From: an uncultured Verrucomicrobiae bacterium
Lineage (GTDB): Bacteria > Verrucomicrobiota > Verrucomicrobiia > Limisphaerales > JAFGQR01
Length of the DNA stretch: 64,000 nucleotides
Assembly (NCBI GenBank): GCA_963788655.1
Contig: CAWBHS010000059.1
Coordinates: 64,001-128,000, forward strand
Direction of reading: 5' to 3'
The notes under the pieces were generated by a model. It had not been told where the DNA came from. It saw nothing but the letters and a program-made list of their open reading frames with translations, and did no database searches. This document shows, piece by piece, positions 1 through 7,294 of the stretch; position 1 is the stretch's first letter, and each line of letters begins with the position of its first letter. Both the position numbers and the translations under genes were made by a program.

Positions 1-149
1 GTCGTATGGTTTCGGCATCGGCCTTTCGCTTGTCCTTGAGTGCTGATCGCCCAACGCCGGACTGACTAATCGGCGATGGGCGAGCACGTCAGGAACCAAC
101 TCGAGCCAGCAGTCAATTTCATGCTCGCGTAATGCTCCTGATTTTTGGC

Positions 150-746
150 ATCATCCAGGGTGCATGCAATGCGCGGTTGCTCCCGTCTTGGTCGGCGATA
201 TCCGGAGAGGCGCCAGCTTCCAACAGCGCTCGAACCATGTCCGCATGCCCCCTGTAGATGGCATGGCACAAAGCCGTCCCATGTCCAAAAACACAATCAC
301 GTTTACTCCGGCGGCCAACGCCCGCTGCAAGAAGAGAGCAACCTTTCCGGTGCGCGCTGCCGAGCTACAGGTCCTTCTCTCCTGCAGGACCTTCTCAGCC
401 TGCCGGCATGTGCCCCCCCTCGCTTGAGTAGCAAAACCATTTTCCTCATTACTTAAAGGTCTCGCGCAAAATCTCTAGGGTTCAACTTCGGCATTGGCGG
501 GGTTGAGTTCAGCGCCCTCCTCGACGAGACACTCGACCGCTTCCGTATCGCGGCGCATAACAGCGTCCATCAGTGGCGTATGACCATCCGCATTCACAAG
601 GTTCGGGTCGGCACCATCTGATATAGCTGCTTTAATATCGGCGACAACGCCTCGCCGCAATGCAGCGGCAAGTCGGCTTTAGCGGATTGGTTCATAAAAG
701 GCTATGGCTTGGTCGGATCTCTTGGAGTAACCTTTGATGCAGGCAT
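150..746 (-). pseudogene. Integron cassette 3 gene: ankyrin-repeat protein, frameshifted (left boundary uncertain)
   Basis: Starts just after the attC core GTTGGGC (minus strand, 759-753). ORF 475..660 has ankyrin motifs (GADPNLVNADGHTPLMDAV, VECLVEEGAELN), and further ankyrin-like segments (ALAAGVNV, LLEAGASPDIADQDG) continue in other frames. Confidence 0.6.
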
Positions 747-752
747 ATTAAT

Positions 753-843
753 GCCCAACGCCAAGGACCGATGAGCGGCACCCAAACCGCCTGAATTTCA
801 AACTGACGTGCTTGCCGCTCATTCGGTCACTGATTGGCTCGAC
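753..843 (-). mobile_element. attC site (degenerate)
   Basis: GCCCAAC (753-759) ... GACCGATGAGCGGCA / TGCCGCTCATTCGGTC inverted arms ... GCTCGAC (837-843). The right box is one mismatch from GTTCGAC, the core that opens this cassette at 1393-1387. Confidence 0.75.
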
Positions 844-844
844 A

Positions 845-1358
845 TTTCGTCATTTTCTATTGCGATACCTGCTCCCAATTCCAACTCCCGACAACCAATC
901 GCATCGTCTCGCCGTTGCACGTCACCACCACGGGCGGTCCGAGGCGGTAAAGGCCGTTCGCATGATCGTAATTCAAACCGATGCCAAGTCTGCGCCACGC
1001 TCGATCTCAAAAGGATAGCAGGCGTTGAGCGTCAGTGCCTCTAGGCCGACCGTAAAGTGTATTACAGTGGCAGAGAGCATCGTACCGCAGAAAGCATGGA
1101 GGCTCCAACATCACTGTGCCCTCGCGGGACTTGCCTGTGCTGCTGGAACCGTCCGACGCTGCCTCCGGCCCCTTGTTCCCATCGCAACTCTATCATACTT
1201 CGGCTGTTCGCGCTTCAATCTTCAGGTTTAGTACGCGACAGCCAGGGGCGTTTACGACTTCCACCACCGTAAGGCGAAATGAGTCCTCCGGGGGAGGTTG
1301 TGCGGCGTGTAAGCTGAAGGCAATGTGCAAGAATGCTGCAACTGGATATGATCTTCAT
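845..1358 (-). pseudogene. Integron cassette 2 gene: frameshifted hypothetical, probably secreted, protein
   Basis: Lies between two attC sites. ATG at 1358, then a signal-peptide-like segment (VAAFLHIAFSLHAAQPPPEDSFRLTVVEVV) in a shifted frame. No intact ORF. Confidence 0.45.
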
Positions 1359-1386
1359 AGCTATAAATGCAATACGTAACGTGCTT

Positions 1387-1479
1387 GTCGAACGTCCCGG
1401 CTCACCGACGCCGGGCCAACGGTGTCCGATAGTCAACTGAGACGCGATCCCGGCGTTCGGTGCAGCCGGTTTGTTCGGC
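1387..1479 (-). mobile_element. attC site
   Basis: Minus strand reads GCCGAAC-AAACCG-GCTGCACCGAACGCCGGG ... CCCGGCGTCGGTGAGC-CGGGAC-GTTCGAC, i.e. R''/L''/L'/R' with extrahelical bases. It is 93 bp and lies 16 nt after the cassette-1 stop codon. Confidence 0.92.
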
Positions 1480-1495
1480 ATCCTGTTTGGTGCTG

Positions 1496-1801
1496 CTACT
1501 GGCATAGCTCGTAGGTGATGCCGAGGAAATCCAAGGAAGCCGTGATCCGCTTGACGATCTGCTCTCGCTCGTCGTCCCCAATCAACTGGCCCTCATGTGG
1601 CGAATCCCAGTGCTTCGGAAAATAGCGGCCAGTGGAAATGGCGCGGTTCACTCTCCCCAGAAGCATCTCCGCGTAGATGGCGATTTGCCTCGGTTGGCCG
1701 TCCGCGAGGTGTTCAATGTAAACCAGATCGTCACGTCCGCGAAACGTAACCTCGAAGCCATTCGTATTCACCGCGTGTGAGTTGCCCTTTCGCTTGAACA
1801 T
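1496..1801 (-). CDS. Integron cassette 1 gene: ~101-aa protein resembling Imm74-type immunity proteins
   Basis: ORF 1496..1846 with likely ATG at 1801 (GAGG upstream, downstream of the attI crossover). Contains the pattern WDSPHEGQLIGDDEREQIVKRITASLDFLG. Family call by eye only. Confidence 0.6.
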   Translation of the reverse strand: MFKRKGNSHAVNTNGFEVTFRGRDDLVYIEHLADGQPRQIAIYAEMLLGRVNRAISTGRYFPKHWDSPHEGQLIGDDEREQIVKRITASLDFLGITYELCQ

Positions 1802-1821
1802 ACCGGTCTGTGCCTCATGTC

Positions 1822-1841
1822 GCCGAACGCTGTTTAGGCGT
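1822..1841 (-). mobile_element. attI simple site (crossover G|TTCGGC)
   Basis: Minus strand CGCCTAAACAGCG|TTCGGC resembles attI1 GCCCTAAAACAAAG|TT. The GTTCGGC core is complementary to R'' of the attC at 1473-1479. It sits upstream of and divergent from intI. Confidence 0.75.
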
Positions 1842-1854
1842 ACCAACGGGTGAA

Positions 1855-1922
1855 ATAACAGAATTAGGCAGAAAAAAGTTGCCTTTTACCGTGATAGGCA
1901 GAAAATTAGCATCCATAACAGA
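1855..1922. repeat. Direct repeats next to attI (candidate accessory IntI sites or regulator boxes)
   Basis: TAGGCAGAAAA at 1865-1875 and 1895-1905; ATAACAGA at 1855-1862 and 1915-1922. Confidence 0.55.
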
Positions 1923-2145
1923 GCAAGGAAAGGACAAGCTGATGACCATGTCAAATCAAAATGACGATAATGGGGAGAAATTTTCAGCCGCTTCCGGGGA
2001 TTCCCAGCGCCACCGTCCTACGGGCAAAGCGGCCCATGGCACGCCCCCGCCTTGGGTGCGCCGGCTGTTTGCCGCCCGGGGCCTGGTGCTGCAGGAGCGC
2101 CAGCTTTATTGGTATGGCGTTCATTGGGAACGGTAACGGAGGTAT

Positions 2146-3027
2146 TTGGAATGGGTGGGGCGATTTCTGGCCTGGCGTGGGGCAGGGTCGCTGGCCGAAG
2201 TGGAGACGCTGGATATTCGGCGTTACCTGGAGACCCTGGCGGTGGAGCGAAGGGTGAGCGCCAGCACGCAAAACCAAGCCTTCAGCGCGCTGCTCTATTT
2301 TTTCGAACAAGGGTTGCACCGGCCCTTGGGGGACTTGAAAGGGACGCTACGGGCCGCCCCCAACCGGCGGCTGTTTGTGGTGCTCAGCCGGGAGGAAGTC
2401 ACGCGTTTGCTGGCGGCGCTGGCGGGGACTTTTAACCTGATGGCGCGACTGCTCTACGGTACGGGCATGCGACTGATGGAATGCTGCCGGCTGCGCGTCA
2501 AAGACATCGACTTCGAACGCGGGCAAATCGTGATCCACGAGGGCAAGGGAAACAAAGACCGGGTGGTGATGTTGCCACAGAAGCTGGCCAGTCCGCTCGA
2601 ACAACACTTGGCGCGGGTCAAGTTGTTGTTTGATGCGGATCGGCGGGCGGGCCTGCCTGGGGTTTATCTGCCGGGCGCGCTGGAGGCGAAATACCCCAAC
2701 GCGGGCAAGGAATGGATCTGGTACTGGGTGTTTCCCGCCAAAAACCTCAGTGTGGATCCGCGGAGCCAAGTGCGTCGCCGTCATCATGTCCATGAGAATG
2801 GATTGCAAAAGGCCGTTCAGAGTGCGAAACGCCTGGCAGGAATCCCCAAGCGGATTGGCTGTCATACCTTAAGGCATTGTTTTGCCACCCATTTGCTGGA
2901 GGCGGGAGCCGATATCCGAACCGTGCAAGAGTTGCTGGGGCATGAGAGCGTGGAAACCACGATGATTTATTTGCACCTGATGCAGAAACCGGGGTACGGC
3001 GTGCGCAGCCCGTTGGATCAGGAGTAG
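2146..3027 (+). CDS. intI: Integron integrase (copy 1); N-terminal extension from ~1942 cut off by an in-frame TAA at 2134-2136
   Basis: Tyrosine recombinase motifs ([30 protein letters not shown]) plus the IntI-specific insertion ([23 protein letters not shown]...DPRS...RRHH). Confidence 0.93.
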   Translation: MEWVGRFLAWRGAGSLAEVETLDIRRYLETLAVERRVSASTQNQAFSALLYFFEQGLHRPLGDLKGTLRAAPNRRLFVVLSREEVTRLLAALAGTFNLMARLLYGTGMRLMECCRLRVKDIDFERGQIVIHEGKGNKDRVVMLPQKLASPLEQHLARVKLLFDADRRAGLPGVYLPGALEAKYPNAGKEWIWYWVFPAKNLSVDPRSQVRRRHHVHENGLQKAVQSAKRLAGIPKRIGCHTLRHCFATHLLEAGADIRTVQELLGHESVETTMIYLHLMQKPGYGVRSPLDQE

Positions 3028-3903
3028 CAAGAGCGCGGAATGGTGCGCCGGGCTTACGGAATGGCAACCGTTTCGGTTTATCCGGCGACGATGGGACGGC
3101 CAATTCCGAACGCCAATGGCCACCATTCACTTCCCCGATTAAGCCGAGCGGTTGGCTGCCGCCGACTTCCCCGAATGCCATAAATGCAGTTTCGCCATTA
3201 CCCTCCGCTGGCACCTCAACTTCTGCCGCCGGGGCCGGGGCGAGGTCACTCATGACTCGGCCCGCGACTTCATCGCCTGGGCCCAGGCCCACAAACAGCC
3301 CGAACCCTGGCAACTGGAAAGCTGGCGCGAGGCCATTCGCTGGTTTTTCCGCGCCGCCAAGGCCGCTCAGGATCGAGCCAGTTCGACGGCGTCGGCCCCC
3401 TCACCCCAGCCCTCTCCCCCGGTGGGGGCGAGGGAGCCGGAGGCTTCAGAAGCCACCCCAACTTCGGCGGTGCCCGCCTGGAAAACGGCCTTTCTGACCG
3501 TCCTCCGGCGCCGGCACTATTCGTATCGGACCGAGCAGAGTTACCTGGTTTGGCTGGAACGCTTTGCGCGGTTTTGCCAGACCGAAGACCTGGAACATCG
3601 GGGGACCGAGGACATCAAAGCGTTTCTGGATGCCCTGGCGCTGGACCAGCGATTGAGTGCCAGCAGTCAACGACAGGCGTTGAACGCAGTGGTGTTTTTG
3701 TTGCGCGAGGTCTTCGGCCAGGAACTGGGAGATTTTTCTGATTACCGTCGCTCGCGCTTGCGGCCGCGCGCCCGGACCTGGCTCACCCGCAACGAAATGG
3801 AAAAGCTGCTCGAGCAATTGGAGGGCGAAGGGGATTGGGCCTTGATGACGCGTGTGGCCTTCGGCGGGGGCTTGCGGCTGACGGAGTTGCTGCGCTTGCG
3901 GGT

Positions 3904-4187
3904 TCACCCCGTGAGATAACCGATCATGTCAACCTATTGCTACGTGTATGTTCTGCGTTCAGCCAAGGACGGTCAGTTTTACGTCGGCCTGACCAGAGAC
4001 CTACGAGCGCGGCTTCAAGCGCACAACCACGGACAGGTTCCCTCCACCAAAAGGCGCGCCCCGCTGGAACTGGTGTATTGGGAGGGTTGCCTCAACGAAG
4101 GCGATGCGGCCCAGCGCGAGAAATACCTGAAGAGCGCGTGGGGGAAGCGCTACATCAAGAATCGTTTGAAACAATATCTCACGGGGT
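3904..4187 (+). mobile_element. Minimal inverted-repeat-bounded element carrying a GIY-YIG nuclease gene, inserted in intI
   Basis: ACCCCGTGAGATA (3906-3918) and TATCTCACGGGGT (4175-4187) form a perfect 13-bp inverted repeat. GGGT is repeated directly at 3900-3903 and 4184-4187. Confidence 0.88.
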
Positions 4188-4189
4188 AA
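3926..4189 (+). CDS. Stand-alone GIY-YIG nuclease family protein (87 aa)
   Basis: YVYVL...FYVGLT..L..RL..HN.G...ST....P.ELVY.E......A..RE..LK is the GIY-YIG signature. Confidence 0.92.
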   Translation: MSTYCYVYVLRSAKDGQFYVGLTRDLRARLQAHNHGQVPSTKRRAPLELVYWEGCLNEGDAAQREKYLKSAWGKRYIKNRLKQYLTG

Positions 4190-4859
4190 AGGACGTGGAT
4201 TTGGAGCAGGAAATCACCACCGTGCGCGCGGGCAAAGGCGACCGGGATCGACTGGTGCCGCTGGCCCATGTAACGGTGGACGCGTTGCGGACGCACTTGG
4301 CGGTCATTCGTCAGCTTTACGAGGCGGACCGCCGCAAACAGGTGGCCGGGGTGTGGTTGCCCGAGAGCTTGGCCCGCAAATATCCCAATGCCGGCAAGGA
4401 ATGGCCGTGGTTCTGGCTCTGGCCCGATGACCATTTGAGCACCGATCCGCGCAGTGGACTGAAGCGGCGGCATCACCTCTCGGACCGGCTGTACCAGATG
4501 CGCATCAAGGAGGCAGCGCAGCAGGCGGGATTGAACAAGCGGGTGACGCCGCACGTGCTGCGGCATTCCTTTGCCTCCCAATTGCTGGACCGGGGCACCG
4601 ACATTCGAACGCTGCAAGAGTTGCTCGGGCACAAGAGCGTGGAAACCACGATGATTTACACCCACCCGATGCGCAAGCCGGGCCTGGGCGTGCGCAGCCC
4701 GCTGGATCAGGAGGAAGAGGGTTGAGGGTTGTTGGTTGAGCGTTGAGGGACCAGCCCGCCGATAAAGTGACAGCTTGAAACTCGACCGAGCGTTCGTTCG
4801 GACCGGACCATGCGCGCTTCGCCAGCGACGGTTCGATGGAAACTTCTGCCTGTGGGGCG

Positions 4860-5150
4860 ATGGCGTGCGCCCTTTACGTGGAACGGGATGGCGCCTTTGT
4901 GCTCGATGTGGACGGCGCCGTCGAAAAGGCCCGGCTCAATGAGTTCCGCCAGAGCAATGTGGCCCTCCTGAAAGAGCGCGATGACCTCAAGCAGCGTTTC
5001 GCGGGGATTGACCCGGAGGAAGTCCGCAAGTTGGCCGAGGAAAAGCGTCAGTTGGAAGCCCAGCAATTGAAGGTCGGCGAGACCGAGAAAGTGATCGAAG
5101 GCCGGCTCAAGACGGTGAAGACGGATTTCGACCAGCAACTGGCCGCCCTA
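4860..5150 (+). pseudogene. Fragment resembling a phage head scaffolding protein
   Basis: LYVERDGAFVLDVDG followed by a coiled coil and FAGIDPEEVRKL. No neighbouring phage genes; the ORF runs into a repeat. Confidence 0.4.
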
Positions 5151-5169
5151 AGCCGTATCAATTCGATTC

Positions 5170-5324
5170 AACCACCAATGGACACGAATCAACACGAATG
5201 CAGACCGAAGCTTTGATCGCGGGCCGAATGAAAACGAATGGTCACCAAACAGTAACTCTCACCGTAATGCACCAAAAGCTCTGTTTTTCCAGCGATTCGT
5301 GTCGATTCGTGTGCATTCGTGGTT
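5170..5324. repeat. Inverted repeat built from ~10-bp ACACGAAT units
   Basis: AACCACCAATGGACACGAATCAACACGAAT (5170-5199) pairs with ATTCGTGTCGATTCGTGTGCATTCGTGGTT (5295-5324), 27/30. Confidence 0.8.
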
Positions 5325-5469
5325 CTTTCCCACATAGATCCAGATCGGTTTGAAGCCAACTTGAGGAACGGGCGTAACCAGCTCCGCCATTGACCTTCGG
5401 TGGTGGTTTTCCTACTGTCTCCCCGAAAACGAAAACGAAACGACCTCCCGAAACGAGAAAGGAATCAAG

Positions 5470-6636
5470 ATGAACGAACAATCTTTTGGGGAAAATGTGG
5501 TGGAATGGCTCAAGGTTCACGGAGTTGGCCTCTTGGTGATTATCGTTGCCACGCTCATCATTCTCAAAATCGCGGCGGTGCTGAACCGCAAGTTGTTTGC
5601 GCTGCTGTTCAAAGGCCGCGAAGACCCGGAATCACAGAAACTGGCGCAGACCTCGGTGACCGTGGTTCACCGGATTCTGATGATCGTCATCATCGCGGTG
5701 GCCGTGGTTCTGATCCTCGGTCAAATCGGAGTGAATACCAGTCTGATCTACGGGATGGTGCTGGGCTGGTTCTTGAGCAATGGCCTGGGCATTGCGATTA
5801 TTGTAGGGCTCGCTTTCGTGGCCCTGAAAGCCATCAGCATTCTCTCGGATCGGCTGACCGCGCTATTACACCGCGACAAGGACGACTTGGAGGCGAAAAA
5901 AAGAGCCCATACCTTGAGCGCCATTATTCGCTGGATATTGCGCACCGCTATTTTGATCATCGCCGCCATCATGATCCTGGGCAATCTGGGTGTGCAAATC
6001 GGGCCCATCATTGCCGCCGCCGGGGTGGTCGGCTTGGCCGTGGGCTTTGGCGCGCAGAACCTCGTGCAAGATGTCATCAGCGGTTTCTTCATTTTGCTGG
6101 AAGACCAGGTGCGGGTGGGCGACGTGGTGCAACTCGATGGCCGGGGTGGATTGGTCGAGCGTATCACCTTGCGGATGATCGTTCTCCGCGACCTGGCGGG
6201 CAACGTCCACTACGTGCGCAACGGCAAGATCGATGTCATCACCAACATGACCAAGGAATACTCGCGTTACGTCTTCGACATCGGCGTCGCCTACCGCGAG
6301 GATACCGACGAAGTGGTGGAAGTAATCAAGCAAGTGGATGAAGATCTCCGCCAGGATCCCGCTTTCAAGAGCGACATTCTGCAACCGATCGAAATCCTGG
6401 GCGTGGACCAGTTCGCCGACTCGGCGGTCATCATCAAGGCCCGCACCACCACCAAGCCCATTCAGCAATGGCGCATCGGTCGGGAATTCAACCGACGGCT
6501 CAAGAAGAAATTCGACGAAGTGGGCATCGAAATTCCGTTCCCGCACGTCACGTTGTACCCGGGCAAAGAAAAGAGCGGCAGTTCGCCAACCCTCCGCCTC
6601 GAGATGCAGGATGGCGAGAAGCCAGCGGCTTCCTAA
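5470..6636 (+). CDS. Small-conductance mechanosensitive channel (MscS family, YbiO-like)
   Basis: AGVVGLAVGFGAQNLVQDVISGFFILLEDQVRVGDVV; C-terminal GIEIPFP. Confidence 0.92.
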   Translation: MNEQSFGENVVEWLKVHGVGLLVIIVATLIILKIAAVLNRKLFALLFKGREDPESQKLAQTSVTVVHRILMIVIIAVAVVLILGQIGVNTSLIYGMVLGWFLSNGLGIAIIVGLAFVALKAISILSDRLTALLHRDKDDLEAKKRAHTLSAIIRWILRTAILIIAAIMILGNLGVQIGPIIAAAGVVGLAVGFGAQNLVQDVISGFFILLEDQVRVGDVVQLDGRGGLVERITLRMIVLRDLAGNVHYVRNGKIDVITNMTKEYSRYVFDIGVAYREDTDEVVEVIKQVDEDLRQDPAFKSDILQPIEILGVDQFADSAVIIKARTTTKPIQQWRIGREFNRRLKKKFDEVGIEIPFPHVTLYPGKEKSGSSPTLRLEMQDGEKPAAS

Positions 6637-6669
6637 ACTGCAACCCAGTGTTGTGCGGTGCCGTTACAG

Positions 6670-6939
6670 CGTGCTGTTGGCGTCCCGCCGACAGAATCGA
6701 ATGTCGCCGGCACGTCCGAAGGCCCATTTCCGTCGGGAGCGCCTACTTGGGTCCGCTCTGCCGGCAAGATGCCGGCAGCACGCTGGGGCAACGTGCTGTT
6801 GGCGTCCCGCCGGCAGAAACGAAAGCCCGAGGCCCCGGCGAACCGAGGCCGACTTCCGCGGCGCCTGGTGCGCTCGACGTTGCTTGCAATTCGTGGCGTC
6901 CTCTTCCGTTCGGTTTGCCGGCAAGATGCCGGCAACACG
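6670..6939. repeat. BIME-like cluster of four REP palindromes (two inverted doublets)
   Basis: CGTGCTGTTGGCGTCCCGCCGRCAGA at 6670 and 6792; TYTGCCGGCAAGATGCCGGCARCACG at 6757 and 6914. Related single copies near 32852, 47687 and 53960. Confidence 0.85.
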
Positions 6940-6991
6940 TTGGGGCTGGCGCCGAATCGTGGGTGCCCGTTTGGGAAAGGCGGTCAATGAG

Positions 6992-7140
6992 TCGCGCCAG
7001 CGTTTGGAGTGCGCGGAGCTTGCTCCCGCTTTCCTTTGGCGCCGGGGGACCGCAAAGAACCGAGTCGTGCGTCAGAAATTTGTTCCCTTGTTTCCAGCCG
7101 AAAACGCCGGCAAGCCGGGCGCACTCCAAACGCTTCGCGA
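6992..7140. repeat. REP doublet (CGTTTGGAGTGCG family)
   Basis: TCGCGCCAGCGTTTGGAGTGCGCGGAGCTTGCTCCCGCTTT ... CCGGCAAGCCGGGCGCACTCCAAACGCTTCGCGA. The same units recur at 56401-56502. Confidence 0.85.
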
Positions 7141-7294
7141 CGTTCGGAAGTCATCGGCGATTCGCGCACTGGTTGGACATCGTTTACCATCAGGGCCGCC
7201 ATGACCGCGCACCAACGGGTGACCTCAATTCGAACGCGCAGTTTCCGTTCGGCGTGGTATTGCCTGCCGCGTTGTAATTGGGCAATAGTCGGGC

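Larger units (their letters stand above)
3116..4725 (+). pseudogene. intI: Integron integrase (copy 2), interrupted by a 284-bp insertion and carrying an early TAA at 3140-3142
   Basis: 5' half in ORF 3152..3919 ([36 protein letters not shown]). 3' half from 4186 ([36 protein letters not shown]). The halves rejoin in frame when 3904-4187 is removed. Confidence 0.92.

Noticed and set aside
48..82. Hairpin CGCCCAACGCCG / CGGCGATGGGCG as a third attC
   Set aside because: At 35 bp it is too short and has no L boxes. It could be a collapsed remnant, but this cannot be supported in an error-rich region.
2134..3142. TAA recoding to explain in-frame stops in both intI genes
   Set aside because: TAA is an ordinary stop for many genes in this window (for example hemA, pyrC, ptsI); mutation, deletion or error is simpler.
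3904..4187. Insert as a group I/II intron or intein
   Set aside because: Almost all of the 284 bp is coding, leaving no room for a ribozyme core. It is not a multiple of three, contains stops and lacks intein terminal residues.
3902..4190. Insert as an integron cassette integrated at a secondary GTT site
   Set aside because: GTT is present at the left junction, but no attC follows the gene (no RYYYAAC or L boxes), and the repeats flank the gene instead.
3835..4725. 296-aa ORF taken as one complete integrase gene
   Set aside because: Only the part from 4186 (VKDVD...) is integrase. The first ~117 residues are an alternative-frame reading of the 5' intI half and the insert.
6670..6939. Spaced repeats as a CRISPR array
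   Set aside because: Units alternate in orientation, spacing is irregular and there are no cas genes; this fits REP/BIME.
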